In this document: one piece after another, positions 1 to 8,735 of the stretch | Layout: every line of letters begins with the position of its first letter | Numbering within the stretch: the stretch's first letter is position 1 | Source of the DNA: an uncultured Planctomycetia bacterium | GTDB lineage: Bacteria > Omnitrophota > Gorgyraeia > Duberdicusellales > Duberdicusellaceae | DNA: 42,418 bases | Direction: 5' to 3' | Assembly: GCA_964609315.1 (NCBI GenBank) | Contig: CAZSRG010000004.1 | Coordinates: forward strand, 1 to 42,418 | The notes under the pieces: model-generated | Database searches by the model: none | What the model was told of the DNA's origin: nothing | The model's input: only the letters and a program-made list of their open reading frames with translations | Program-made: the position numbers and the translations under genes

Positions 1-81
1 CAATTCGGCTATAGACTTTTTCTTCGAAAAAGTCTAAGTCTCATTGATTAAAATTTACCCGCGCATACTCTTAATTATTTT

Positions 82-1485
82 TTAAAGGACAGGGGACAAA
101 CCTGTCCCTGCCACCTGGCCGTACAGGCTTAAATATTTCTTAGCAGTTTCTTCCCATGAAAAATTAAGAGCCGAAACTCTCTGCTGGAGCAGGCGCCAGT
201 TACTCTTATCCTGAAACAAATTATAGGCCTGATCAGCCTTTTCAATCAGGGCTTTAGCTGAATACTCGGTAAAGACAAAACCCGTTCCGGACTGAGGGTC
301 AGAAATGCAGTCGGTTACTGTATCTTTAAGCCCGCCAGTAGCTTTTACCAGAGGAAGAACCGCATACTTAAAACTTATCAGCTGAGATAAACCGCAGGGT
401 TCAAAACGTGAAGGCATAAGAAACACATCTGAAGAAGCATATATCTTGTGAGCTAAAGTTTCGTCAAACTTAAGATGCAGAGAAAAGTTCTCAGGATAAG
501 ACTCAACTAAAGAAGAAAGTATCCGGTGATACTTAGGTTCTCCCGTCCCTAAAATAACAACCTGATATTTCTTTAATATCTCCGGTAAACTCTCAGCTAA
601 TATATCAACTCCCTTTTGTTCAGCCAAACGGGTAACCATGCCTATCAGAAACTTGTCTCTGCCTTTGCTTAAGCCGAATTCCTTCTGTAAGGAAAGTTTA
701 TTCTCTATTTTTTCTTTTAGGCTGCCAAAGTTGTATTTATGATAAATAGAAGCATCTGTTTCCGGCGACCAGACCTCGTAATCAACAGCGTTCAAGATAC
801 CCGAGAGCTTCTCTTTGTTTTCTCTAAGCACAGCATCTAAGCCGCAGCCAAACTCTTCTGTCTGAATCTCCTCCGCGTAGGAAGGACTGACTGTATTAAT
901 CCTGTCGGAAGAAATAAGCCCTCCCTTAAGAAGGTTAATCCGGCCGTAAATTTCTAAATCAGCTTTGTTACCTTCATCTATACCAATAATACCGAATTTA
1001 TCTAAAGGGAAATATCCCTGAAAAGCTAAATTATGAACAGTTAAAACAGATCTTGCCTTTTTAAAAAACGGATCATTTTTATACAGCGATTTCAAATAAA
1101 CAGGGACTAAAGACGACTGCCAATCATTACAGTGAAGGATATCAGGAGAAAAGTTGATTTCTTTTAAGATTTCCAGAGACTTCCTGCAGAAAAAACTGAA
1201 TCTTTCTAAATTATCAGGATAATCTCCTTCAGGCGTATTATACAAATAATCCCTTAGATAAAACTCATCATTCTTTATAAAAATTATCTCCATACTGTTG
1301 GAAACTTTTGTTTCGCCGAAACTCTCTGAAAGGACCTCCGGCTTAATGTTTTTGTATAAAGGCATAAAAACTTTGACTTCCAAGCCAAGCTCAGATAAAG
1401 CTTTGGGCAATGCTCCGGACACATCAGCCAATCCTCCGGTCTTAGCAAAAGGAAAAACTTCTGAAGAAAAAAACGCTACTTTCAT
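82..1485 (-). CDS. glgA: glycogen (starch) synthase, ADP-glucose type
   Basis: 467-aa ORF with N-terminal FAKTGGLADV (K-x-GGL) motif and typical GT5 length. ATG at 1483-1485 is preceded by GAGGA. Confidence 0.9.
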   Translation of the reverse strand: MKVAFFSSEVFPFAKTGGLADVSGALPKALSELGLEVKVFMPLYKNIKPEVLSESFGETKVSNSMEIIFIKNDEFYLRDYLYNTPEGDYPDNLERFSFFCRKSLEILKEINFSPDILHCNDWQSSLVPVYLKSLYKNDPFFKKARSVLTVHNLAFQGYFPLDKFGIIGIDEGNKADLEIYGRINLLKGGLISSDRINTVSPSYAEEIQTEEFGCGLDAVLRENKEKLSGILNAVDYEVWSPETDASIYHKYNFGSLKEKIENKLSLQKEFGLSKGRDKFLIGMVTRLAEQKGVDILAESLPEILKKYQVVILGTGEPKYHRILSSLVESYPENFSLHLKFDETLAHKIYASSDVFLMPSRFEPCGLSQLISFKYAVLPLVKATGGLKDTVTDCISDPQSGTGFVFTEYSAKALIEKADQAYNLFQDKSNWRLLQQRVSALNFSWEETAKKYLSLYGQVAGTGLSPVL

Positions 1486-1575
1486 ACCTAATCCTCACTT
1501 TCTATAATCATCCGTTCTGTCAAGAATATTTTTGTTATTACGGACGGGCTCTTAACTCTTGGCTCTCATTCTTTA

Positions 1576-1640
1576 CTATCAACTATCAACTATCAACTAT
1601 CAGCTATCAGCTATGAGCCATGAGCTATCAGCCATTAGCT
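1576..1640. repeat. degenerate heptamer tandem array (ctatcaa/ctatcag/ccatgag type)
   Basis: About 9 consecutive 7-nt units read directly. The gagccatgagctat-agcca segment recurs at 35990-36013. Confidence 0.85.
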
Positions 1641-1860
1641 GACAAATATATACATCGCGCGCCCGATAAAAACTCTAAATTCTAAATTCTAAACTCTAAA
1701 CTCTAAACAATTTCAAATATCAAATGTTTTAAATCCTAAACTAAACTCTAAATTCTAATACCAAATGTTCTAAACATTGTTTTGAATTTTGTATTTTGAA
1801 CATTTAAGATTGTTTAGTATTTAGAATTTTGTGCTTAGGATTTATTTATTTTCGCTATTT
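1641..1860. repeat. family-1 heptad-periodic palindromic intergenic element, subtype A
   Basis: The left arm is made of ctctaaa/ttctaaa heptads and the right arm of tttagaa/cttagga heptads. 1696-1859 differs at only 3 positions from 36961-37124. The left flank gacaaatata..catcgcgcgcccgataaaaactctaaa recurs at 25466-25506. Confidence 0.9.
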
Positions 1861-1868
1861 GCCATTCG

Positions 1869-4403
1869 CTATTTAGTGGCTTCCAGCCAGTTTTTCCCTG
1901 ACTGGATATTAACTTTCAAAGGGACAGATAATTCTACTGTCCGTTCCATTTCCTCTTTAACTATTCTTTCTGCCTGCTCAAGTTCATCTCTTTTAACATC
2001 AAAAACAAGCTCATCATGTATCTGGATGATAAGCCGGGAAACCATTCTCAAATCCTTAAATCTATTGTAGATCGATACCATCGCTATTTTTATGATATCA
2101 GCCGCCGTCCCCTGAATAGGGGCGTTTACTGCCTGCCTGAAAGCATATTCCCTTAAAGATTTATTCGGGCTGTTGATATTTCTTAAATATCTCCTCCTCC
2201 CGAAAATTGTCTCCACAAATTTGTACTTTCTTACAAACTCCAGAGTCCTGTCAATATACTCCTTGACTTTCGGGTACCTCAAGAAATAACTTTCAATAAA
2301 ACTTTCTGCTTCAGGAACGCTTATCTTCAATTCCTTTGACAAACCGTAAGGGCTCATACCGTAAACAATCCCAAAATTTATGCGTTTGGCAAATGACCTT
2401 TCCGAAGGAGTAACTTCATTTTCTTCCTTAGCAAATAATAAAGACGCTGTGCTGAGATGGACATCCTTACCGGAATTAAAAGCTGTTGTCAAATTTCTGT
2501 CGCCGGATATGTGAGCCAGTATCCTGAGTTCTATCTGGGAATAATCAGAGCTCAAGATAAACCCGTCTTTAAAAGAAGGGATGAAAACTGACCTGAACTC
2601 TTTTCCCTCTTTGCCGCGGACAGGGATATTCTGAAGATTGGGAGAAAAAGATACCAGCCTTCCGGTAACACTTGAAACCTGGCTGAATTTAGGGAATATT
2701 CTCCCCTTATTCTTTTCAGCGCTTTCTAAGAAAGGACCGGCATAAGTAGAAATCAGCTTTGAAAGTTTACGGTAATCTAATATCTTTCCTACGACCGGAT
2801 GCGCGCCTAAAAGTTTCGTTAAAGATTCTTCATTGGTAGAGAATCCAGTCTTGGTCTTCTTAACCGGGCTAAGTTTCAGTTCAGAAAACAATAATACGGA
2901 TAATTGTTTAGGAGAATCAAGGTTAACTCCCTTATCTGAATACCGCAATATTGATTTTTCTAAAATGCCTTTCTTTTCCCTCAAAGAAGACAGCACCTCT
3001 TTTAAACGGGAAGTATCTAAACTTACGGGAGACTCCTCCATCCAGGAAAGCACATCGATTAAAGGCATTTCAATCCGGTAAAAGATCCGGCCAAGATTCT
3101 CCTCCCGCAATTTATTTCTCAGCATGTCCGACAATTCTTCCAAATAATATGCTTCATCCGCAGCGCCTGCGTTAGATAAAGATATCCCCGTATATTCTAA
3201 AAGAACATCCTCAAAAGAACCCGCGCGGGAATCCCAGCCCAAAAGAAATGCCGCTATCATAACATCAAAATAAGGAGGGATTATACGTACTCCTTTCAAA
3301 TAAGCCTCTGCTTTCTGTTTCTTTAAATCAAAGGATACCTTCTCTATATCAGGATTAATCAAAATATCCTTGATCTTTTCCGTTTCAAAACTATAGACTT
3401 TTTTACGGAAAGAAAGAAAGCTTCCTTTTTCTGAAATATGAAAAACTGTTCTTTTTGATTTGAGTATGTCCTCTAATAACCCTTCAGTATAGCCGGCCTC
3501 CGCCTGCCTGCTGCGCAAAGCTTCGTCCTTAGCAGAGAATTCTTTCAGAAGAGATTTAAAGCCCAGTTCTTTAAACAAACCGCAGACTCTTTCAGTATCT
3601 ATTTCACCTATTTTCAGTTCTTCTAATGCCATATCAAAAGGGACGTTTTTATCCAACATGGCTAACTCTCTGCTTAGAAAGGCTGTTTCTTTAGAAGAAG
3701 AAAGCATGTTTTTTAAACGGCTGCTGCTTATCATATCCGTATTATTGAACAATTCATCTATCCCTCCAAAACGCTCTATTAAAGACTTAGCAGTCTTAGG
3801 GCCGATACCTTTCACCCCCGGTATATTGTCAACAGAATCTCCGGATAAAGCGAACAAGTCGGGAATATCTTCGGGATTAACGCCAAGGATTTCTTTTACT
3901 TTCTTCTCATCAAAAAAGATGTTCTTGTGAGGATCATAAACAATAACTTCTCTATCCTTTACCAGCTGTAGAATATCTTTATCAGAACTAACCGCTACAC
4001 TAACCATATTCCGCATACAAGCTTTCTTTGAAAGAGTAGCTATGATATCATCCGCTTCATACCCCTCTTTTTCACACACAGGCACAGATAACGCTGACAG
4101 GACTTCCCTTACTAAAGACATCTGTTCTTTGAACCCGTCCGGCGCGGCAGGACGGTTGACTTTATAATCCTTGAATTTATCACTCCGGAAAGTACGGTGC
4201 GAAACATCAAAGCATACAGCCATATATACCGGAGAGAATTCTTTGATTATTTTACGCAGGGTGTTTATAAAACCGAAAACTGCCCCTGTAGGCAATCCTT
4301 TTGAAGAACTTAAGCCTTTTATAGCATAAAAGGACCGGTAGACAAAAGCTGTCCCGTCAACTAAATAAAGGGTATTACCGGAATCAAAAATATCTTTGTC
4401 CAC
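1869..4403 (-). CDS. polA: DNA polymerase I (5'-nuclease plus family A polymerase)
   Basis: 844 aa with polymerase motifs DYSQIELR, RSFAKRINFGIVYG and QIHDELVF, plus an N-terminal FEN-like region. GTG start. Classic 3'-5' exonuclease carboxylate motifs are not evident by eye. Confidence 0.93.
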   Translation of the reverse strand: MDKDIFDSGNTLYLVDGTAFVYRSFYAIKGLSSSKGLPTGAVFGFINTLRKIIKEFSPVYMAVCFDVSHRTFRSDKFKDYKVNRPAAPDGFKEQMSLVREVLSALSVPVCEKEGYEADDIIATLSKKACMRNMVSVAVSSDKDILQLVKDREVIVYDPHKNIFFDEKKVKEILGVNPEDIPDLFALSGDSVDNIPGVKGIGPKTAKSLIERFGGIDELFNNTDMISSSRLKNMLSSSKETAFLSRELAMLDKNVPFDMALEELKIGEIDTERVCGLFKELGFKSLLKEFSAKDEALRSRQAEAGYTEGLLEDILKSKRTVFHISEKGSFLSFRKKVYSFETEKIKDILINPDIEKVSFDLKKQKAEAYLKGVRIIPPYFDVMIAAFLLGWDSRAGSFEDVLLEYTGISLSNAGAADEAYYLEELSDMLRNKLREENLGRIFYRIEMPLIDVLSWMEESPVSLDTSRLKEVLSSLREKKGILEKSILRYSDKGVNLDSPKQLSVLLFSELKLSPVKKTKTGFSTNEESLTKLLGAHPVVGKILDYRKLSKLISTYAGPFLESAEKNKGRIFPKFSQVSSVTGRLVSFSPNLQNIPVRGKEGKEFRSVFIPSFKDGFILSSDYSQIELRILAHISGDRNLTTAFNSGKDVHLSTASLLFAKEENEVTPSERSFAKRINFGIVYGMSPYGLSKELKISVPEAESFIESYFLRYPKVKEYIDRTLEFVRKYKFVETIFGRRRYLRNINSPNKSLREYAFRQAVNAPIQGTAADIIKIAMVSIYNRFKDLRMVSRLIIQIHDELVFDVKRDELEQAERIVKEEMERTVELSVPLKVNIQSGKNWLEATK

Positions 4404-4548
4404 AAATGTCAGTAGGTATAAAACCGGCGGAAATCAAACCTTGATTCTCTCTGTTTCAAGAATACCAGCCTCTAAATCTGTATGTTTCTGTTTATTTTTA
4501 ACAGGGAAAACTAAATAATGGCGGATATTTTCGATAGATAAAAACGGG

Positions 4549-5358
4549 CTATTCTTTCGGAATTTTCGGGACTAAGCTCATAGCCTTTCTGAGTTCCTGA
4601 AGTAAAGACAAATAATCCTTTTCTTCAAGATAATTCAATCCATTTTCCATGTATCCTTTTATACTTTTGCGTAACGCCGCGGCCTCAGCAGCTGTATAAT
4701 ACTTTTGGGCATCATTTAACAGCTTTTTATCTGAAGGATTTAAACCTATCACTGTTTTAAACTCTCCTTCAGCCTGCTGATACCGGCCTTTTCCTAATGC
4801 CTTAGACCCCAAATCAAAATGTAACCATGCTTCTTTCAGCCTCTGCCGTTCCCGTTTATACACCAAATTTTTGGACAAAGTAAGAGCCTTGTCCTCTAAT
4901 TCATCCCTCATAGCCCGGGGATAAGCCCCTAACTTAATCAAATGTTCCCTCGCTTTTTGAGTCCAATACTCTCTCCTATCACCTAAGAAATAGCGTTTTC
5001 CCCAATAATAAGAAGCCTTAGACACATTATTCTTTTTTTCATAGAGGAACCCCAAATTAGCATAGGGCGCTAAATATTTGGAATCAACTCTAATAGCTTC
5101 CAAATACATCTTCTCGGCTTTATCCAAAAAACCCATCTTTTCATAAATAACCCCTGCATCATTATAAGCTTCCTTATAAGAAGGGTCAGCCCCAATGGCT
5201 TTAAGATAAAAGGATAACGCGTCCTGGTAATTCCCCATACTTTGAAGCTTATAGCCCTGTCCACAGTAACTCTGAGCCTGTTCTCTAAGAACTCCTGAGG
5301 GATATACCGGGAAGATAATACTTATAAAAGATAAGGCGAGGATGATCCTTTTCAACAT
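4549..5358 (-). CDS. secreted tetratricopeptide (TPR) repeat protein
   Basis: 269 aa with an N-terminal hydrophobic signal-like segment. Repeated A-x-x-x-Y-x-x-A-I/L-x-x-D/N-P TPR-like units (ALSFYLKAIGADPSY, AEKMYLEAIRVDSKY). Confidence 0.6.
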   Translation of the reverse strand: MLKRIILALSFISIIFPVYPSGVLREQAQSYCGQGYKLQSMGNYQDALSFYLKAIGADPSYKEAYNDAGVIYEKMGFLDKAEKMYLEAIRVDSKYLAPYANLGFLYEKKNNVSKASYYWGKRYFLGDRREYWTQKAREHLIKLGAYPRAMRDELEDKALTLSKNLVYKRERQRLKEAWLHFDLGSKALGKGRYQQAEGEFKTVIGLNPSDKKLLNDAQKYYTAAEAAALRKSIKGYMENGLNYLEEKDYLSLLQELRKAMSLVPKIPKE

Positions 5359-5492
5359 AACCTATTTTGTTTTAACTTATCATATTATTCGGATCCTGTC
5401 AATAAAAAACACCAAATTCTCATGTCCAATTCCCTGACAACAATTCAACCATTTAACAATATAACAGTTTAACAGTTTGACAATTTAACCAT

Positions 5493-6467
5493 TTAACGCA
5501 GAATTCTATTTACTAAATCCTCCGGGCTGTATCCTTCACGAGAAAAATTAAATATTTCTCTGCCTTCAAAAAGATTAGAACCCGCGGCCGCGCCCTGCCG
5601 GAAAGCAAGATCCCTATTACCGGCAAATCCTTTTTGAAAATATACATCTGAATTTATCATATCTCCGCAGGAAAAACAAAAATCATAACCTAACCTCAGA
5701 GTCTCATCAACCTTAATCGCGCTGTTACGAATTAAAGCAGGGGTATCTTTCACAATGTCTGTATCCGGCGAAAGCACCGTATCTAAAAACAGTAAATCGC
5801 AAGCTAAGAATTTACCCGAAGACATCTTTACGGCTCTCACTCTGGATTCTCCTAAGGCTTCGCTAATATTTTCACCGGGAAGAAAATCTATACCCTTTCC
5901 TCTGAAGATAGAGGCTATTTTATCTTTGTATTCCGAAGGGAAAGAGTTAAATTCAGGAATTATGGCCTTAATTTCCTTATTGCAAATACTCCTGATTTTC
6001 AAAGATAGATCAACTGACATCAAAGTTTCACCATAAACGACAATGTGATTAAACATCCTGATGCTTTCTTTTAACCCTGAAGGCTTTACCCTCCCTAAAT
6101 AATAGACGCCCTCTTTATATTCACCGGCTATGCCGAGTTTTTTAGGCTTTAGGCCGCAGGCTAAAACTAACTTATCGAAAGACAAAGGAGTCCCTTTTTT
6201 CAAAAAGACTTTTTTCTTTTCGAAATTTACTCTTACTGCTTTGTCATTAATGATTTCTATCCCGGGAAAGATTTTTCTTAATTCTTCAAAAGATACAAAA
6301 AAATCTGTATCCGAAACCTTTCCGGCCAGCCAGTCCGATAAAAGGCACTTACGAAAAGGAAACGGTTCTTTTTCAATCAAAGAAACGTTAATACCTTCCT
6401 TATCTCTGCTTATATGCTCAATACAAGCACTTCCTGATATCCCTCCGCCTATAATAACTACTTTCAT
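5493..6467 (-). CDS. FAD-dependent pyridine nucleotide-disulfide oxidoreductase family protein
   Basis: N-terminal Rossmann motif VVIIGGGISGSA. I place the start at the ATG at 6465-6467 (MKVVIIGGG), not the longer track ORF. The second dinucleotide-binding motif looks degenerate. Confidence 0.6.
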   Translation of the reverse strand: MKVVIIGGGISGSACIEHISRDKEGINVSLIEKEPFPFRKCLLSDWLAGKVSDTDFFVSFEELRKIFPGIEIINDKAVRVNFEKKKVFLKKGTPLSFDKLVLACGLKPKKLGIAGEYKEGVYYLGRVKPSGLKESIRMFNHIVVYGETLMSVDLSLKIRSICNKEIKAIIPEFNSFPSEYKDKIASIFRGKGIDFLPGENISEALGESRVRAVKMSSGKFLACDLLFLDTVLSPDTDIVKDTPALIRNSAIKVDETLRLGYDFCFSCGDMINSDVYFQKGFAGNRDLAFRQGAAAGSNLFEGREIFNFSREGYSPEDLVNRILR

Positions 6468-6567
6468 CTTACTCTCTACTTGAAAACTCGGTATTATCAA
6501 AAATATATAAACTTTAACGCCCAAAATCTAAACTATAGATAAATTCCAATAACCAAGAAACAAGATA

Positions 6568-6593
6568 CCTGCCTACGCTAAAGCTTCGGCAGG
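6568..6593. repeat. GC-rich hairpin module (cctgcc-tacgctaaagcttc-ggcagg)
   Basis: 6-bp stem with a 14-nt loop. The same loop occurs in inverted orientation, with a compensated stem, at 38341-38366. Confidence 0.8.
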
Positions 6594-6599
6594 CAGGCA

Positions 6600-6715
6600 A
6601 ACAAATCCCAATCTCCAATAATCAATCATCAAACAACCCAATTATCTTGATTTTTATTATTTTTTTGGTTATTGAAATTTGGCTGCTGGTCATTATTTGA
6701 TTATTGTTACTTGCC
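6600..6715. repeat. palindromic intergenic element, ccaat/attgg subtype C
   Basis: The left arm is ccaatctccaataatcaatca and the right arm is ggttattgaaatttggctgctggtcattatttgattattg. The right arm resembles 17231-17262. Confidence 0.7.
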
Positions 6716-6791
6716 TGTGCCCATTAGGGTATTAGGGTATATCTTGATTATTTTATTCCCTTGACATCATTCTTTCATACGGCTCTTGACT

Positions 6792-7142
6792 TTACCTAAA
6801 TGCTCCTTTTAACAAATAGAACTCCAACGCCTCTTCAAATCTCAATATTGAAAGGACGTCATACCTGATACGCGTATCGAAACTGCCGGTTTTCTTAAGA
6901 TAAACCATCGCGGTCTTTTTAATTTTCTCTATCTTTCTCTCATCAACCGCTTCATAAGGAAAGTACTTAAAAGGAAAACTCCTGCCTTTGACTTCAATAA
7001 AACAGAGCCATCCTTCATTTTCAGCTATAATATCTATTTCCCCTTTATATGACCTAAAATTCCTTGTTTTGATTCTGTACCCTTTTCCCTCCAAATACCC
7101 GCAAGCCGAGTTTTCAAAATAACTTCCCTGTTGAATACTCAT
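6792..7142 (-). CDS. yraN: YraN/UPF0102 family endonuclease-like protein
   Basis: 116 aa with a GEIDIIA...FIEVK core typical of UPF0102. Overlaps the rnhB stop by 4 nt, the usual rnhB-yraN pairing. Confidence 0.7.
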   Translation of the reverse strand: MSIQQGSYFENSACGYLEGKGYRIKTRNFRSYKGEIDIIAENEGWLCFIEVKGRSFPFKYFPYEAVDERKIEKIKKTAMVYLKKTGSFDTRIRYDVLSILRFEEALEFYLLKGAFR

Positions 7143-7714
7143 AGTCCAAGATTGAACGACATCCTGTGTATTGGAGAGACACCTTTTTCCTTTATACGCT
7201 GTCTGTGTCCTTCGGTAGAATACCCTTTATGCTTAGCAAACCCCCATCCCGGAAAAAGTCTATCATAAGACCTGAGTATCCTGTCCCTTAAAACTTTAGC
7301 CAAAATTGAAGCGGCAGATACAACTCTAATTGTCTTATCCGCCGAAACAACACATTTAGCATTATACCCCCCATATTTAAAATAAGGCCCGTCAATAATA
7401 AACAATACATCTTCCTTGTTAAAACCGCTGAGAGACAAAAATCTCTCAATTGATTTCAAAAAAGACAGCTGGCTTGCCCAAAAGATATTGAGTTTATCAA
7501 TTGAATCTTCCCTAACCAAACCAAAGGAATAAAAAGCATCCCCGCGGATTTTATCAGACAGTTCTTCCCGTTTAGACGGAGATATTTCCTTAGAATCCCG
7601 GAGTTGATATTTCACTCTGTGTTTAAAACAAACACAGGCAGATACCACCGGCCCGCATAATGCTCCTCTGCCTACCTCATCAACCCCCGCTATAAACTTA
7701 TATTTCTTAGGCAT
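7139..7714 (-). CDS. rnhB: ribonuclease HII
   Basis: 191 aa with the GVDEVGRGALCGPVV active-site motif and a DSK motif. Confidence 0.85.
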   Translation of the reverse strand: MPKKYKFIAGVDEVGRGALCGPVVSACVCFKHRVKYQLRDSKEISPSKREELSDKIRGDAFYSFGLVREDSIDKLNIFWASQLSFLKSIERFLSLSGFNKEDVLFIIDGPYFKYGGYNAKCVVSADKTIRVVSAASILAKVLRDRILRSYDRLFPGWGFAKHKGYSTEGHRQRIKEKGVSPIHRMSFNLGL

Positions 7715-7732
7715 CAGCTCCTGAATATACAG

Positions 7733-8062
7733 AAAACTCTAAACTCTTCAGCCATAGGCTGATTCTAAACAAATCCTGAAAGCAAACTCTAAATTCTAAC
7801 CAAATCCTAAATCCTAATTTCTAAATTCTAAATAAATTCTAAATTTCAATCTCAAATGTTCTAAACTTTATTTTGGACTCTGCATCTTTCTGTTTTGGTC
7901 ATTTGATATTATTTAGCCTGCCTGCGTCAAGGCTTCCCTCGGCTTCGCCGAGAGGCGAGCGCCGAGAGGCAAGCGGCAGACAGGTATTTAGGGTTTATTT
8001 ATTATTTGGCATTCCGGCCTCTGTCCTTATGTATGATATCAAGACCTGACACCTGATACTGA
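7733..8062. repeat. family-1 element (mosaic, subtype A-like) with embedded GC-rich hairpin
   Basis: ctaaa heptad arm, a ctcttcagccataggctgat module shared with 38148-38170, GC hairpin 7927-7984, and right arm tatttagggtttatttattatttggc. Confidence 0.8.
7927..7984. repeat. GC-rich hairpin module, long version
   Basis: cctgcctgcgtcaaggcttccctcggcttcgccgagaggcgagcgccgagaggcaagcggcagacagg. Homologous in reverse complement to 12744-12797 and carries an internal cgccgagaggc duplication. Confidence 0.8.
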
Positions 8063-8146
8063 CTAACTCTACGGCATCTGTATATTCTAAAAAAACCTGT
8101 TTACTCTACCGATATATTCAATAATCAGTAATGGATTAAAATTGAT

Positions 8147-8497
8147 TCAAACAGTGGTAGCTCTTTTCCCTACTTTAGTCCGCAAATAATACAAACGCGC
8201 CCGGCGAGGAGTTCTCTTAGCAGGCTGAATGATTTCAATCTTTTCTAAAAGAGGCGATAATAAAGGAAAAGTTACTTCCATAAATTCACCGTAAGAAATT
8301 CTCCTTAAAGTAAAAGATTTACGGTGCATCGCCCCTTGCATCTTAATAACAATTCCCGATATTGAATGCAGACGAGACTTATCCTTTTCCTGAATCTTAT
8401 AAGTTATCTTTATAGTATCGCCCACCTTGAATTCGGGAAAATCCTTCTTTAAAGATTCTTTGAACCCCTGCTCAATCTGAAACAACTTACCTGACAT
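8147..8497 (-). CDS. rplS: 50S ribosomal protein L19
   Basis: L19-like sequence (FKVGDTIKITYKIQEKDKSR...). ATG at 8495-8497 has AGGAGG 5 nt upstream. The track ORF start at 8515 is a GTG extension. Confidence 0.9.
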   Translation of the reverse strand: MSGKLFQIEQGFKESLKKDFPEFKVGDTIKITYKIQEKDKSRLHSISGIVIKMQGAMHRKSFTLRRISYGEFMEVTFPLLSPLLEKIEIIQPAKRTPRRARLYYLRTKVGKRATTV

Positions 8498-8520
8498 AAC
8501 ATCCTCCTTTTCCACACTTT

Positions 8521-8735
8521 GGTATTATCAAGAATATTTTTGTTCTCTAAAACTCTAAACCCGAAACTCTAAATAAACCCCAAACATAAAACCTCAAACT
8601 CAAAACGGTAATAAATATAATACTCTTTGTTTTGGGTTTTGTGTTTCCTTCATTTTGAATTTGTTTACCCCGTTAGAGAATTTTGTCTAACATAGATTCT
8701 CTCTAACGGGGTTTAGGATTTAGAATTTAGGATTT
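8521..8735 (+). repeat. family-1 element, subtype B
   Basis: Core is aaaacggtaataaatataatactctttgttttggg. Arms are of aaac/ctaaa heptads versus tttagg heptads. The right arm overlaps the last codons of trmD. Confidence 0.85.
8668..8711. repeat. hairpin insert (ccccgttagagaa...ttctctctaacgggg) in the right arm of the family-1 element
   Basis: Imperfect stem of about 13 bp. It sits between ..gaatttgttta and tttaggatttag, the same relative site as the other inserts. Confidence 0.75.

Noticed and set aside
12-36. Hairpin tagacttttt-cttcg-aaaaagtcta downstream of glgA as an intrinsic terminator.
   Set aside because: The stem is A/U-rich and is not followed by a U-tract on the transcribed (minus) strand. 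The support is too weak to call a terminator.
1512-1536. TTGACA motifs next to start codons (1512-1536, 19036-19060, 28408-28428) as sigma70 -35 boxes.
   Set aside because: The ATG lies only about 30-40 nt downstream. No acceptable -10 hexamer sits at a 16-18 nt spacing, and the SD would fall inside the promoter. I kept the motif as a conserved element of unknown role instead.
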